DNA of 64,000 nt from Anaerohalosphaeraceae bacterium (GTDB lineage Bacteria; Planctomycetota; Phycisphaerae; Sedimentisphaerales; Anaerohalosphaeraceae), in the NCBI GenBank assembly GCA_050309605.1, contig JBNRMN010000096.1:1-64000 (forward strand), read 5' to 3'. Of this stretch, positions 54,882 to 62,901 are shown in pieces. Both the position numbers and the translations under genes were made by a program. How positions within the stretch are numbered: position 1 is the first letter of the stretch; each line of letters opens with the position of its first letter. Under the pieces are notes generated by a model, which was not told the DNA's origin, did not search any database, and saw only the letters and a program-made list of their open reading frames with translations.

Positions 54882-56111
54882 ATGATGCAGACGATTTATA
54901 TACTTGGCGGTTACCAGACGGATTTTGCGCGGAACTGGGCGCGTGAGAATAAGCATATCAGTGCGATGATGCGTGAGGCGTATGAAGGGTCGCTGGCGGT
55001 AACGCGGATTGAGCCGCGCGACATTCAGGCCGCATTTATCGGCAACTTCGCGGCCGAATTGTACTGTATGCAGGGGCATCTGGGCGCATTTTTTGTGGAT
55101 TTTGATCCGCGGTTCAAGGGGCTGCCGACGATGCGTTTTGAGGGGGCGTGTGCGTCCAGTGCGCTGGCGGCGCTGTCGGCGATGGCGCATCTTCAGGCCG
55201 GCCAGTACGACTGCATTGCGCTGGTCGGCGTCGAGCTGATGAAAACGGCCTCGCCGGCCAGAGGCGGCGATTATCTGGGGACGGCGGCCTGGTATGAGCG
55301 GGAATCGGCCAACATCGATTTTCCCTTTCCCAAATTGTTCGGCAAACTGGGGGATGTGTATGAGGCGCGGTATGGTCTGGATGATGCGCATCTGGCGCGA
55401 ATCGCGGCGATCAACTACGGTAACGCCAAACGCAATCCCAACGCCCAGACGCGCGACTGGTATATGAGTGTGGACCACGCGCGCTGCAAGGGACAGTACA
55501 ACAGTACCGTTACGGGACGGATTAAGGTGACCGATTGCTCTCAGGTTACCGACGGGGCGGTGTGTATGTATCTTGCGTCAGAGCGGTTTGCCGGCCCGTA
55601 CGCCGAGCGGATGGGGTGTTCGCTTGAGCAGCTTCCGCGGATCAGCGGATGGGGCCATACGACGGCGCCGATTGAGTTTGTCGCCAAGGTTGCCGATTCG
55701 GAAGGTCAGCCGTATGTGCTGCCCTGGACGCGCAAGGCCATCACCGATGCGTACACGCGGGCGGGTCTTCGGGACTGGCGGCAGCTTGATGTGATTGAGA
55801 CGCATGACTGTTTTACCACGTCGGAGTATATGGCGATTGATCATTTTGGTCTGACCGAGCCGGGGCAATCCTGGAAGGCGATTGAAGAGGGCGTCATCGA
55901 CTTCGGCGGCGCATTGCCAATCAATCCGTCCGGTGGGCTGATCGGCTGCGGGCATCCGGTCGGGGCGACCGGCGCTCGGCAATTACTGGATGCTTATAAA
56001 CAGGTTACCGGCACCGCGGGCGACTATCAGGTTCCCGGCGCCCGAACCGTGGCTACGCTGAATATCGGCGGCTCGGCGACCACGAATGTGTGTTTTATTG
56101 TCAGCCGCTAA
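54882..56111 (+). CDS. Acetyl-CoA acetyltransferase (SCP2-type thiolase)
   Basis: EGACASS, ETHDCF and NPSGGLIGCGHPVGATG. Confidence 0.92.
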   Translation: MMQTIYILGGYQTDFARNWARENKHISAMMREAYEGSLAVTRIEPRDIQAAFIGNFAAELYCMQGHLGAFFVDFDPRFKGLPTMRFEGACASSALAALSAMAHLQAGQYDCIALVGVELMKTASPARGGDYLGTAAWYERESANIDFPFPKLFGKLGDVYEARYGLDDAHLARIAAINYGNAKRNPNAQTRDWYMSVDHARCKGQYNSTVTGRIKVTDCSQVTDGAVCMYLASERFAGPYAERMGCSLEQLPRISGWGHTTAPIEFVAKVADSEGQPYVLPWTRKAITDAYTRAGLRDWRQLDVIETHDCFTTSEYMAIDHFGLTEPGQSWKAIEEGVIDFGGALPINPSGGLIGCGHPVGATGARQLLDAYKQVTGTAGDYQVPGARTVATLNIGGSATTNVCFIVSR

Positions 56112-57514
56112 TCGCAGGTCATATCGAAGTAGGCGCGGGCGTTGTTGTAGCAGATATCTTCCACCATGTGGCCCAGCAGGCTCATATCATCGGGCCACCA
56201 CCCTTTTTGCACTTCTTCACCGAGCAGATTGCAGAGGATCCGCCGGAAGTATTCATGCCGCGAATAACTAAGGAAGCTGCGTGAATCGGTGAGCATTCCG
56301 ATAAATCGGCTCAGCAGGCCGAGGTTTGACAGGGCGTTGAGCTGTTTGATCATTCCGTCCATCTGATCCAAAAACCACCAGCCGGAGCCGAGCTGCAGCT
56401 TGCCGGGGATTTGTCCATCCTGAAAGTTGCCCAGCATGGTGGCGAGCACTTCATTGTCTTTGGGGTTGATGTTGTACAGGATGGTTTTGGCAAGTTTGCC
56501 CTGTGAGTCGAGTCGATCCAGGAAACGCGACAGGGGCAGGGCGATTTCAAAATCGCCGATGGAATCAAAGCCGGTATCCGGGCCAAGCCGGGCGAACATC
56601 CGGCTGTTGTTGTTGCGGATGGCGCCGATGTGGAACTGCTGGGCCCAGCCCTTTTCAAAATTCATCAGGCCGAATTCGACCAGCATGGCCGATTTGAACT
56701 GATCCTGTTCGAGCGGGGTCAATTCCCGACGGCTACGAATTTTCAGAAACACTTTCCGAATATCCTCGGCGGTGTAGTCGGCGGCATAGGGCCTGTCCAG
56801 GCCGTGGTCGCTGAGGCGGCAGCCGTTTTGATGAAAATAGTCCTGCCGTTTTCGGATGGCCTCAATGTAGTCGTCAAACTTGCTGATGTCGCTGTCGGTC
56901 CGCTCGGCCAGTGTGTCGATCCAGCGGTTCAGGGCGTCAAGGTTCTCGACGGCCATGGCTTTGTCCGGTCGCCAGGCGGTGTGGACGGCCACATCAAAAT
57001 CGCTTTTGCGGACAGCCTGGTGGTGTTCGAGGCTGTCCAGGGGGTCTTCGGTGGTGCAGACGAGTTTAACATTCCAGCGTTGCATGATGTTTCTGACGCG
57101 AAACGGCTCGGTGCGGAGCATGGCGCCGCAGTCTTCATAAATGCTGTCGGCGGTCTCGGCGCTGAGCAGACGGTCGGTGATGCCGAAGGGTTTCTTCAGT
57201 TCGAGGTGCGTCCAGTGGTACAGGGGGTTGCGCAGGCAGGCTGGAACCGTCGCTGCCCATTTCTCAAATTTCTCCCAGTCGCTCGCATCGCCGGTACAGA
57301 ATTTTTCATCCACGCCGTTGGTGCGCATCGCCCGCCATTTGTAGTGATCGCCGGCCAGCCAGATTTGCGTGAGATTGTCAAACTGTTTGTTCTCGGCAAT
57401 CTGCTTTGCGGGCAAGTGGCAATGGTAATCATAAATCGGCATTTTGGCGGCGTGGTCGTGGTAGAGCCGTCGGGCCGTTTCATTGAGCAGCAGAAAATCT
57501 TCGTGCATATACAT
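56108..57514 (-). CDS. uxaC: Uronate (glucuronate/galacturonate) isomerase
   Basis: DYHCHL, GDHYKWRAMR, NPLYHWTHLEL, GWWFLD and GMLTDSRSFLSY. Overlaps the thiolase stop by 4 nt (convergent). Confidence 0.97.
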   Translation of the reverse strand: MYMHEDFLLLNETARRLYHDHAAKMPIYDYHCHLPAKQIAENKQFDNLTQIWLAGDHYKWRAMRTNGVDEKFCTGDASDWEKFEKWAATVPACLRNPLYHWTHLELKKPFGITDRLLSAETADSIYEDCGAMLRTEPFRVRNIMQRWNVKLVCTTEDPLDSLEHHQAVRKSDFDVAVHTAWRPDKAMAVENLDALNRWIDTLAERTDSDISKFDDYIEAIRKRQDYFHQNGCRLSDHGLDRPYAADYTAEDIRKVFLKIRSRRELTPLEQDQFKSAMLVEFGLMNFEKGWAQQFHIGAIRNNNSRMFARLGPDTGFDSIGDFEIALPLSRFLDRLDSQGKLAKTILYNINPKDNEVLATMLGNFQDGQIPGKLQLGSGWWFLDQMDGMIKQLNALSNLGLLSRFIGMLTDSRSFLSYSRHEYFRRILCNLLGEEVQKGWWPDDMSLLGHMVEDICYNNARAYFDMTCD

Positions 57515-57548
57515 AATCACTTCTCAATTGGTTTTCTCAATTCTGAAT

Positions 57549-59000
57549 TCAGACGACATAAGTTGAGGCCGCGGTGTCGCCGCCGCGTCCGGTCCAGTTG
57601 GTATGGAAGAACTGGCCGCGCGGTTTATCGACCCGCTCATAGGTGTGTGCGCCGAAGTAGTCGCGCTGGGCCTGGAGCAGGTTGGCCGGCAGCCGTTCGG
57701 TGCGGTAGCCGTCATAATAGGCCAAGGCCGAGCTGATCGCGGGCATCGGCACGCCCATTTCGACGGCACAGGTGACCACACGACGCCACGCCTCCTGGGC
57801 CTTGACGACGGCGTCGGTAAAGAACGGCGCCAGCAGGAGGTTGGTCAGATCGGGGTTTTTGTCAAAGGCTTCTTTGATTTTGCCGAGGAAGACCGAGCGT
57901 ATGATGCAGCCGCCGCGCCACATCAGGGCGATACCGCCGTAGTTGAGGTTCCAGTCGTACTCGGCGGCGGCGGCGCGCATTAACTGATAGCCCTGGGCGT
58001 AGCTGACGATTTTGGAGGCGTAAAGGGCTTTTCTCAGGTCGTTGATCATCTGTTGTTTGTCGCCGTCAAATTTTTTATGCGGGCCGGACAGGATTTTGGA
58101 TGCGGCCATACGTTCTTCCTTCAGGGCCGACAGACAGCGGGCAAAGACCGCCTCGCCGATGAGGGTCAGCGGTTGTCCGGTGTCCAGTGCGGCGATGACC
58201 GTCCATTTGCCGGTGCCTTTCTGGCCGGCGGTGTCGAGGATTAAATCAATTACGGCGTTGCCTTCGGCGTCTTTGTAGCCGAGGATGTCGCGTGTGATTT
58301 CGATCAGGTAGGAATCCAGCTCGCCTTCGTTCCAGTCGGCGAAGACCTTGTGCATCTCGGCGTTGCTCATGCCCAGGCCGACTTTCATCATCTGGTAGGT
58401 TTCGCAGATCATCTGCATATCGCCGTATTCGATACCGTTGTGCACCATTTTGACGAAGTGGCCGGCGCCGTTTTCGCCCACCCAGTCACAGCAGGGCTGG
58501 CCGTCGTCGGTCTTGGCGGCGATTTTCTGGAAGATGGGCTTGACGTGTTCCCAGGCCGCTTTGGAGCCGCCGGGCATAATCGACGGGCCGCGCAGTGCGC
58601 CTTCTTCGCCGCCGGAAACGCCGGTGCCGATGTACAGCTTGCCTTTGCTTTCGACGTATTCGGTGCGGCGGGTGGTGTCCGGAAAGTGGCTGTTGCCGCC
58701 ATCGATGAGGATGTCGCCGTCGTCCAGGTGCGGCAGAATCTGTTCGATGAAGGCGTCCACGGGTTTGCCGGCCTTGACCATCATCATCACCTTGCGCGGT
58801 GTTTTGAGGGAGGCGACCAGTTCTTCGACGGAATGACAGCCGATGATGTTTTTGCCTTTGGCCCGACCGTTGATGAAATCATCGACCTTGGAGACGGTGC
58901 GATTGAAACACGCCACCGTAAAGCCCTTGCTTTCCATATTGAGGATGAGATTTTCACCCATGACCGCCAAACCGACGACTGCAATATCCGCTTTTGTCAT
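57549..59000 (-). CDS. gnd: 6-phosphogluconate dehydrogenase, decarboxylating
   Basis: GLAVMGENL, VSGGEEGA, KMVHNGIEYGDMQ, GQKGTGKW and QAQRDYFGAH. Confidence 0.97.
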   Translation of the reverse strand: MTKADIAVVGLAVMGENLILNMESKGFTVACFNRTVSKVDDFINGRAKGKNIIGCHSVEELVASLKTPRKVMMMVKAGKPVDAFIEQILPHLDDGDILIDGGNSHFPDTTRRTEYVESKGKLYIGTGVSGGEEGALRGPSIMPGGSKAAWEHVKPIFQKIAAKTDDGQPCCDWVGENGAGHFVKMVHNGIEYGDMQMICETYQMMKVGLGMSNAEMHKVFADWNEGELDSYLIEITRDILGYKDAEGNAVIDLILDTAGQKGTGKWTVIAALDTGQPLTLIGEAVFARCLSALKEERMAASKILSGPHKKFDGDKQQMINDLRKALYASKIVSYAQGYQLMRAAAAEYDWNLNYGGIALMWRGGCIIRSVFLGKIKEAFDKNPDLTNLLLAPFFTDAVVKAQEAWRRVVTCAVEMGVPMPAISSALAYYDGYRTERLPANLLQAQRDYFGAHTYERVDKPRGQFFHTNWTGRGGDTAASTYVV

Positions 59001-59018
59001 TTTCAATCTCCTGTTATA

Positions 59019-59067
59019 TAGTTCTTAGTTCTTGGTTCGTAGTTGAACTCAAAGCTCACAACTTTTT
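59019..59067. repeat. Inverted heptad micro-repeat array
   Basis: TAGTTCT TAGTTCT TGGTTCG TAGTTGA ACTCAAA GCTCACA ACTTTTT. Confidence 0.75.
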
Positions 59068-59116
59068 TTGCTTCATGGTCTATTCTTACAATCTGGGTTG
59101 TTTGTGGTTTTCGTTT

Positions 59117-60382
59117 TTATTCAAATTTTTCTTTCCACGCCCACAGGCCGATGCCGGGGTTGGGGATGAAGAAGATTGTTTCGCCGTGGACGTCGTTGTA
59201 TCCGGCCTTGAGCGTTTTGGGGTTGTATTTTTTCATCATCGAGTTCAAGTCGGCATAGGCAAAATTGACCGATTCGATTTCATCACGTCTGATATGGCCG
59301 GGGCAATAGGTGATGTTGAAGCGGCCTTCGGATGAGCCGTGGATCAGATGGGCTGCGGCGCTGAGGTTGTTCTGCAAGTCGGTATGCTGCCGCGTCAGTT
59401 CCAGCACGCGGTCGGCGCCGACGTAGCCGTATTTGCGGATGAGTCGGTCGATTTCCTTGTCCTCGCCGAATTCCTTCAGGCCCGGGGCCAGTACGATTAA
59501 TTCGCCGCCGTCGGCCATGGCCATTCGCGTTCGATAGATGCTTTTGTTGCCCAGCCAGGTGCTTTTGAACTCGTCCGGGTCGAGATAGACCACGGCCTTT
59601 TGAATCGGTTCGTCGAGCATCTCGAAGTTGACCTTCAGCGACAAGTCCGCGGCCTTGTTGAAACATTCAAGATCGTCGCCGATGAACAGGCCGCGTACGG
59701 CCGTGCCGCGGTCCGTGCCGCCGACGACGGTCAGGACATAGACGATCGGCAAATCGCGGGCGAAATGCTCGTCGGCGTAGTTGAGCACCCGCCGTACCGG
59801 TGTATCGGCACGGCCCATCATCCGTTCCATTCCAAAAACCGCGCCGAGAAAGTGGCTTTTGTTGATGCCTTCGACACCGCCGGTTCCGACGAAGATGTTT
59901 TTGCTGTGATTGGCCATGCCGACCACTTCGTGCGGGACGACCTGTCCGATGGATAAAATCAGATCGAATCGGCCTTCAACCAGCAGCTTGTTGACCTGGG
60001 CCGGCCAGTCGTAATCGACTTTGCCCTCGCTGACCTCGCGGACAAACTCACGGGGGACACGTCCCAGTGTCCGCAGGTCGTCGCGCCAGTTGTGCACGCG
60101 AAACAGGGACAGCGGCGTGTCGCCGTACATCCGGCGGATTTCCGTTTCGGTCATGGCGAAATGTGTGCCCAGCGCGGGGAGGATGTCGGTCAGGGCCGGG
60201 CCGTAATATTGATGCGTCAGGCGGGTCAGGTCGCCGGCCCGTGAATAAAAGCGCGTGATGTCCGGCGGGACAGTTAGGACTTTTTTGCGCAGACCCAGCT
60301 TTTCCAGTGCGGTAAACAGGCCGTCTTTCAGATCCTCGATACTCAAATTGTCCTGCGGATTGCCGCGTTCGTAATACATCAT
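59117..60382 (-). CDS. Lactate racemase (LarA/DUF2088) family protein, candidate D-mannonate/D-gluconate 2-epimerase
   Basis: PPDITR, ALGTH, HNWR, VPHEVVG, SKN and KSH match LarA-type motifs. Context is uxuB/uxaC/gnd. Confidence 0.8.
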   Translation of the reverse strand: MMYYERGNPQDNLSIEDLKDGLFTALEKLGLRKKVLTVPPDITRFYSRAGDLTRLTHQYYGPALTDILPALGTHFAMTETEIRRMYGDTPLSLFRVHNWRDDLRTLGRVPREFVREVSEGKVDYDWPAQVNKLLVEGRFDLILSIGQVVPHEVVGMANHSKNIFVGTGGVEGINKSHFLGAVFGMERMMGRADTPVRRVLNYADEHFARDLPIVYVLTVVGGTDRGTAVRGLFIGDDLECFNKAADLSLKVNFEMLDEPIQKAVVYLDPDEFKSTWLGNKSIYRTRMAMADGGELIVLAPGLKEFGEDKEIDRLIRKYGYVGADRVLELTRQHTDLQNNLSAAAHLIHGSSEGRFNITYCPGHIRRDEIESVNFAYADLNSMMKKYNPKTLKAGYNDVHGETIFFIPNPGIGLWAWKEKFE

Positions 60383-60479
60383 ACCCAGCTTCCGGCTTTC
60401 AGCTTCCGGCTTTTCGGTTTTTTGACACCGTAACACAATAACGTGACGCTGTATTGATCACGATTCCTATTCGTTTGAT

Positions 60480-61298
60480 TTAGACGCCGCTGAAGGCATT
60501 GAATCCGCCGTCAATCGGGATGACGGCGCCGGTTACAAATTTTGACGCATCGCTGAGCAGCCAGTGCACTGTGCCGCAGAGTTCTTCGGCCTGGCCGAAT
60601 CGTCCCATGGGGGTATGGTCGATGATGGTTTGGCCGCGAGGGGTCAGTTTGCCGGTCTGTTCGTCCGTCAGGAGAAAACGATTCTGTTTGGTCAAAAAGA
60701 AGCCCGGCGCAATGGCGTTGACGCGGATTTCGGTTGAGTAATTTTGGCACATGTGCACGGCCAGCCATTCGGTGAAATTGCTGATGGCCGCTTTGGCCGC
60801 CGAGTAGCCGACCACCTTGGTCAGCGGGTGGTAGGCGCTCATACTGGAGACGTTCAGGATGATGCCTTTTTTTTGCTGTGCGAAATATTTTCCAAAGACC
60901 TGGCAGGGGATGAACGTCCCCAGAAAGTTCAGGTCCATGACGTCGCGCAGGGCCTTGTCGGGCAGGTCAAAAAACGGCAGTTCGTCCGAAGCGGTGGCTT
61001 CTTTTTTGTTGCCTCCGGCGCCGTTAATCAGCACGTCGATTTGTCCCAGCGAGTTGACCGCACAGGCGAAGGCGGATTCGATTTCGGCTCGATCCAGTAC
61101 ATTGATCCGCAACGGCAGGGCGAATCCGCCGTTGGCTTCGATTTTTTTGGCCAGTTCATTGGCCCGAAATTCGTCGTAATCAGCAATGCAGATTTTCGCT
61201 CCGGCCTGTGCCAGATACTCGGCCAGCGCCGAGCACAAGACCCCGGCTCCGCCGGTCAATACGATGCCCTTATCTTTGACATTGAACAACTCGCTCAT
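60480..61298 (-). CDS. uxuB: SDR-family D-mannonate oxidoreductase (fructuronate reductase)
   Basis: TGGAGVL, INGAGGNKKEAT, YSAAKAAISNFTEWLAVH and IAPGFFLTKQNR. Same operon as uxaC. Confidence 0.82.
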   Translation of the reverse strand: MSELFNVKDKGIVLTGGAGVLCSALAEYLAQAGAKICIADYDEFRANELAKKIEANGGFALPLRINVLDRAEIESAFACAVNSLGQIDVLINGAGGNKKEATASDELPFFDLPDKALRDVMDLNFLGTFIPCQVFGKYFAQQKKGIILNVSSMSAYHPLTKVVGYSAAKAAISNFTEWLAVHMCQNYSTEIRVNAIAPGFFLTKQNRFLLTDEQTGKLTPRGQTIIDHTPMGRFGQAEELCGTVHWLLSDASKFVTGAVIPIDGGFNAFSGV

Positions 61299-61443
61299 CA
61301 CTTTTCCTTTGTGTCCTGAATTCCAGAGAAGCAAATATCACACACCATGAGATGTTTTTAACATTCTCGGTATCAAAATGCAAGGACTGTTTTTGAGAAA
61401 AAATTGAGAACGCCTCATTCAGGGCCTATGGGGCGTTGTTTGT

Positions 61444-61480
61444 CGTGAAAAATTTCAAGAAAGTCTTGAATAATTTCACG
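61444..61480. promoter_or_regulatory. Imperfect palindrome, candidate operator for the ROK regulator
   Basis: CGTGAAAAATTTCAAGA-AAG-TCTTGAATAATTTCACG (14/17 arm match) in the divergent intergenic region. Confidence 0.55.
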
Positions 61481-61530
61481 GTTCGAGATATTTTAATCAA
61501 ATGAAGACTCAGACCGCAGGAAAACACGGA

Positions 61531-62742
61531 ATGTCTCATAGTCCGATTGATTCAAAAACCGCCGGTCAGCGGAACGAAAAGCTGATCCTGTCGCTCTTGC
61601 GCAAGCAGGGCAGCTTGTCGCAGACCGAGCTTTGTCGGTTGGTGGGGATTGGCAGCTCAACGGCCAGCACGATTGTTTCTCGTTTGCGTGAAAAGGGGCT
61701 GGTGCTTGAAAATCGGGGGCTAAGCAGTCGTCGGGGGCCAAAGCCGATCATTTTAAGCTTAAATCCGGACTGTTATTATCTTGTTGGCATAGAAATCAAT
61801 CCGAGTTATGCGGTGATTGGATTGTTTGACTTTGTCGGGCGGCTGATCGGCAAGCTTCAGATTCCGCTTGGCTCTGATCATTCGCCGGCCCATGTGATTG
61901 GCATTATCTGTGCTCGATTGCGGGTTTTTTTGGAGGAGCATAACCTCAATGAAAACAAGATTTTAGGCGCCGGTATCACGCTCAGCGGTTCGGTTTCGTC
62001 CGGGGGGGATGTGCATTTGTCCAGTCCGCTGGGCTGGCGCGATGTGCCGCTGCGTCGGCAGCTTTTGGAACATTTCAATTTTCCGATTGCCGTTTACAGC
62101 AACCGCGTTCGTCTTTTGGCCGAGATCGCCGCCGACGCTGAGTTGGCTACTCGAAATATCCTCTATTTGAATGTGGCCAACGGCGTCGGTTCGACCGTCT
62201 ATATGAACGGTCGTCTGGTCTTTGGTGCGACGGGCCGCTATGGCGAAATCGGACACAATGTAATCGATTCGGACGGTCCGCTTTGCGGGTGCGGCCATCG
62301 GGGGTGTCTGGAGGCTCATATTTCCGGGCCGGCCCTGGCCGGCAGGATTGAACGCGATGTACGAAGCGGCGCAGAGACGCTGTTTGCGGAAGGACTCAAC
62401 GGACATCCTACGCCGGAAAAGCTGCTTTCGATTTGGCCCAGGGCCGTGGCATCAAAAGACGCCTATGCCCTTGAGCTGCGCGATGAGGTGGCCGGGCTGA
62501 TCAGTCGCTGTGCGGCCGAAGCGATCAACTGCTACGATCCGGATGTGCTGATATTGGCCGGTTATGTCAATTTGCTGTTTGCCGACGAGTTTGCCTGTGC
62601 CATTCGCAAGCAAATGGAGGCAGCGGTTTATGACAACGCCATGCGTCAAATCGATATTCGTACGGCCAAAGCCGGCGAGGATGCGTTAATCAACGGCATT
62701 TGTGCGGCGGTGCTTCAGGATTTACTGGAGGTAACATGGTAA
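61531..62742 (+). CDS. ROK-family transcriptional regulator (NagC/XylR-like)
   Basis: N-terminal wHTH (LSQTELCRLVGIGSSTASTIV) and GEIGH...CGCGHRGCLE. ATG at 61501 is an alternative start. Confidence 0.92.
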   Translation: MSHSPIDSKTAGQRNEKLILSLLRKQGSLSQTELCRLVGIGSSTASTIVSRLREKGLVLENRGLSSRRGPKPIILSLNPDCYYLVGIEINPSYAVIGLFDFVGRLIGKLQIPLGSDHSPAHVIGIICARLRVFLEEHNLNENKILGAGITLSGSVSSGGDVHLSSPLGWRDVPLRRQLLEHFNFPIAVYSNRVRLLAEIAADAELATRNILYLNVANGVGSTVYMNGRLVFGATGRYGEIGHNVIDSDGPLCGCGHRGCLEAHISGPALAGRIERDVRSGAETLFAEGLNGHPTPEKLLSIWPRAVASKDAYALELRDEVAGLISRCAAEAINCYDPDVLILAGYVNLLFADEFACAIRKQMEAAVYDNAMRQIDIRTAKAGEDALINGICAAVLQDLLEVTW

Positions 62743-62901
62743 TTGAAGAGGAATTGTTGTTTTTCGACAACGGTTTTTTTGAGCAATAAAGCGGAGCGGC
62801 GTAATCGTTTCGTCTTTTAATTAGCGTGTCATAAGAACAGTATAACCAGGGATTGGGCGGCGCGGCAGGCGTCGAACGATCCGCATTTTCAGGAGAGTGT
62901 T

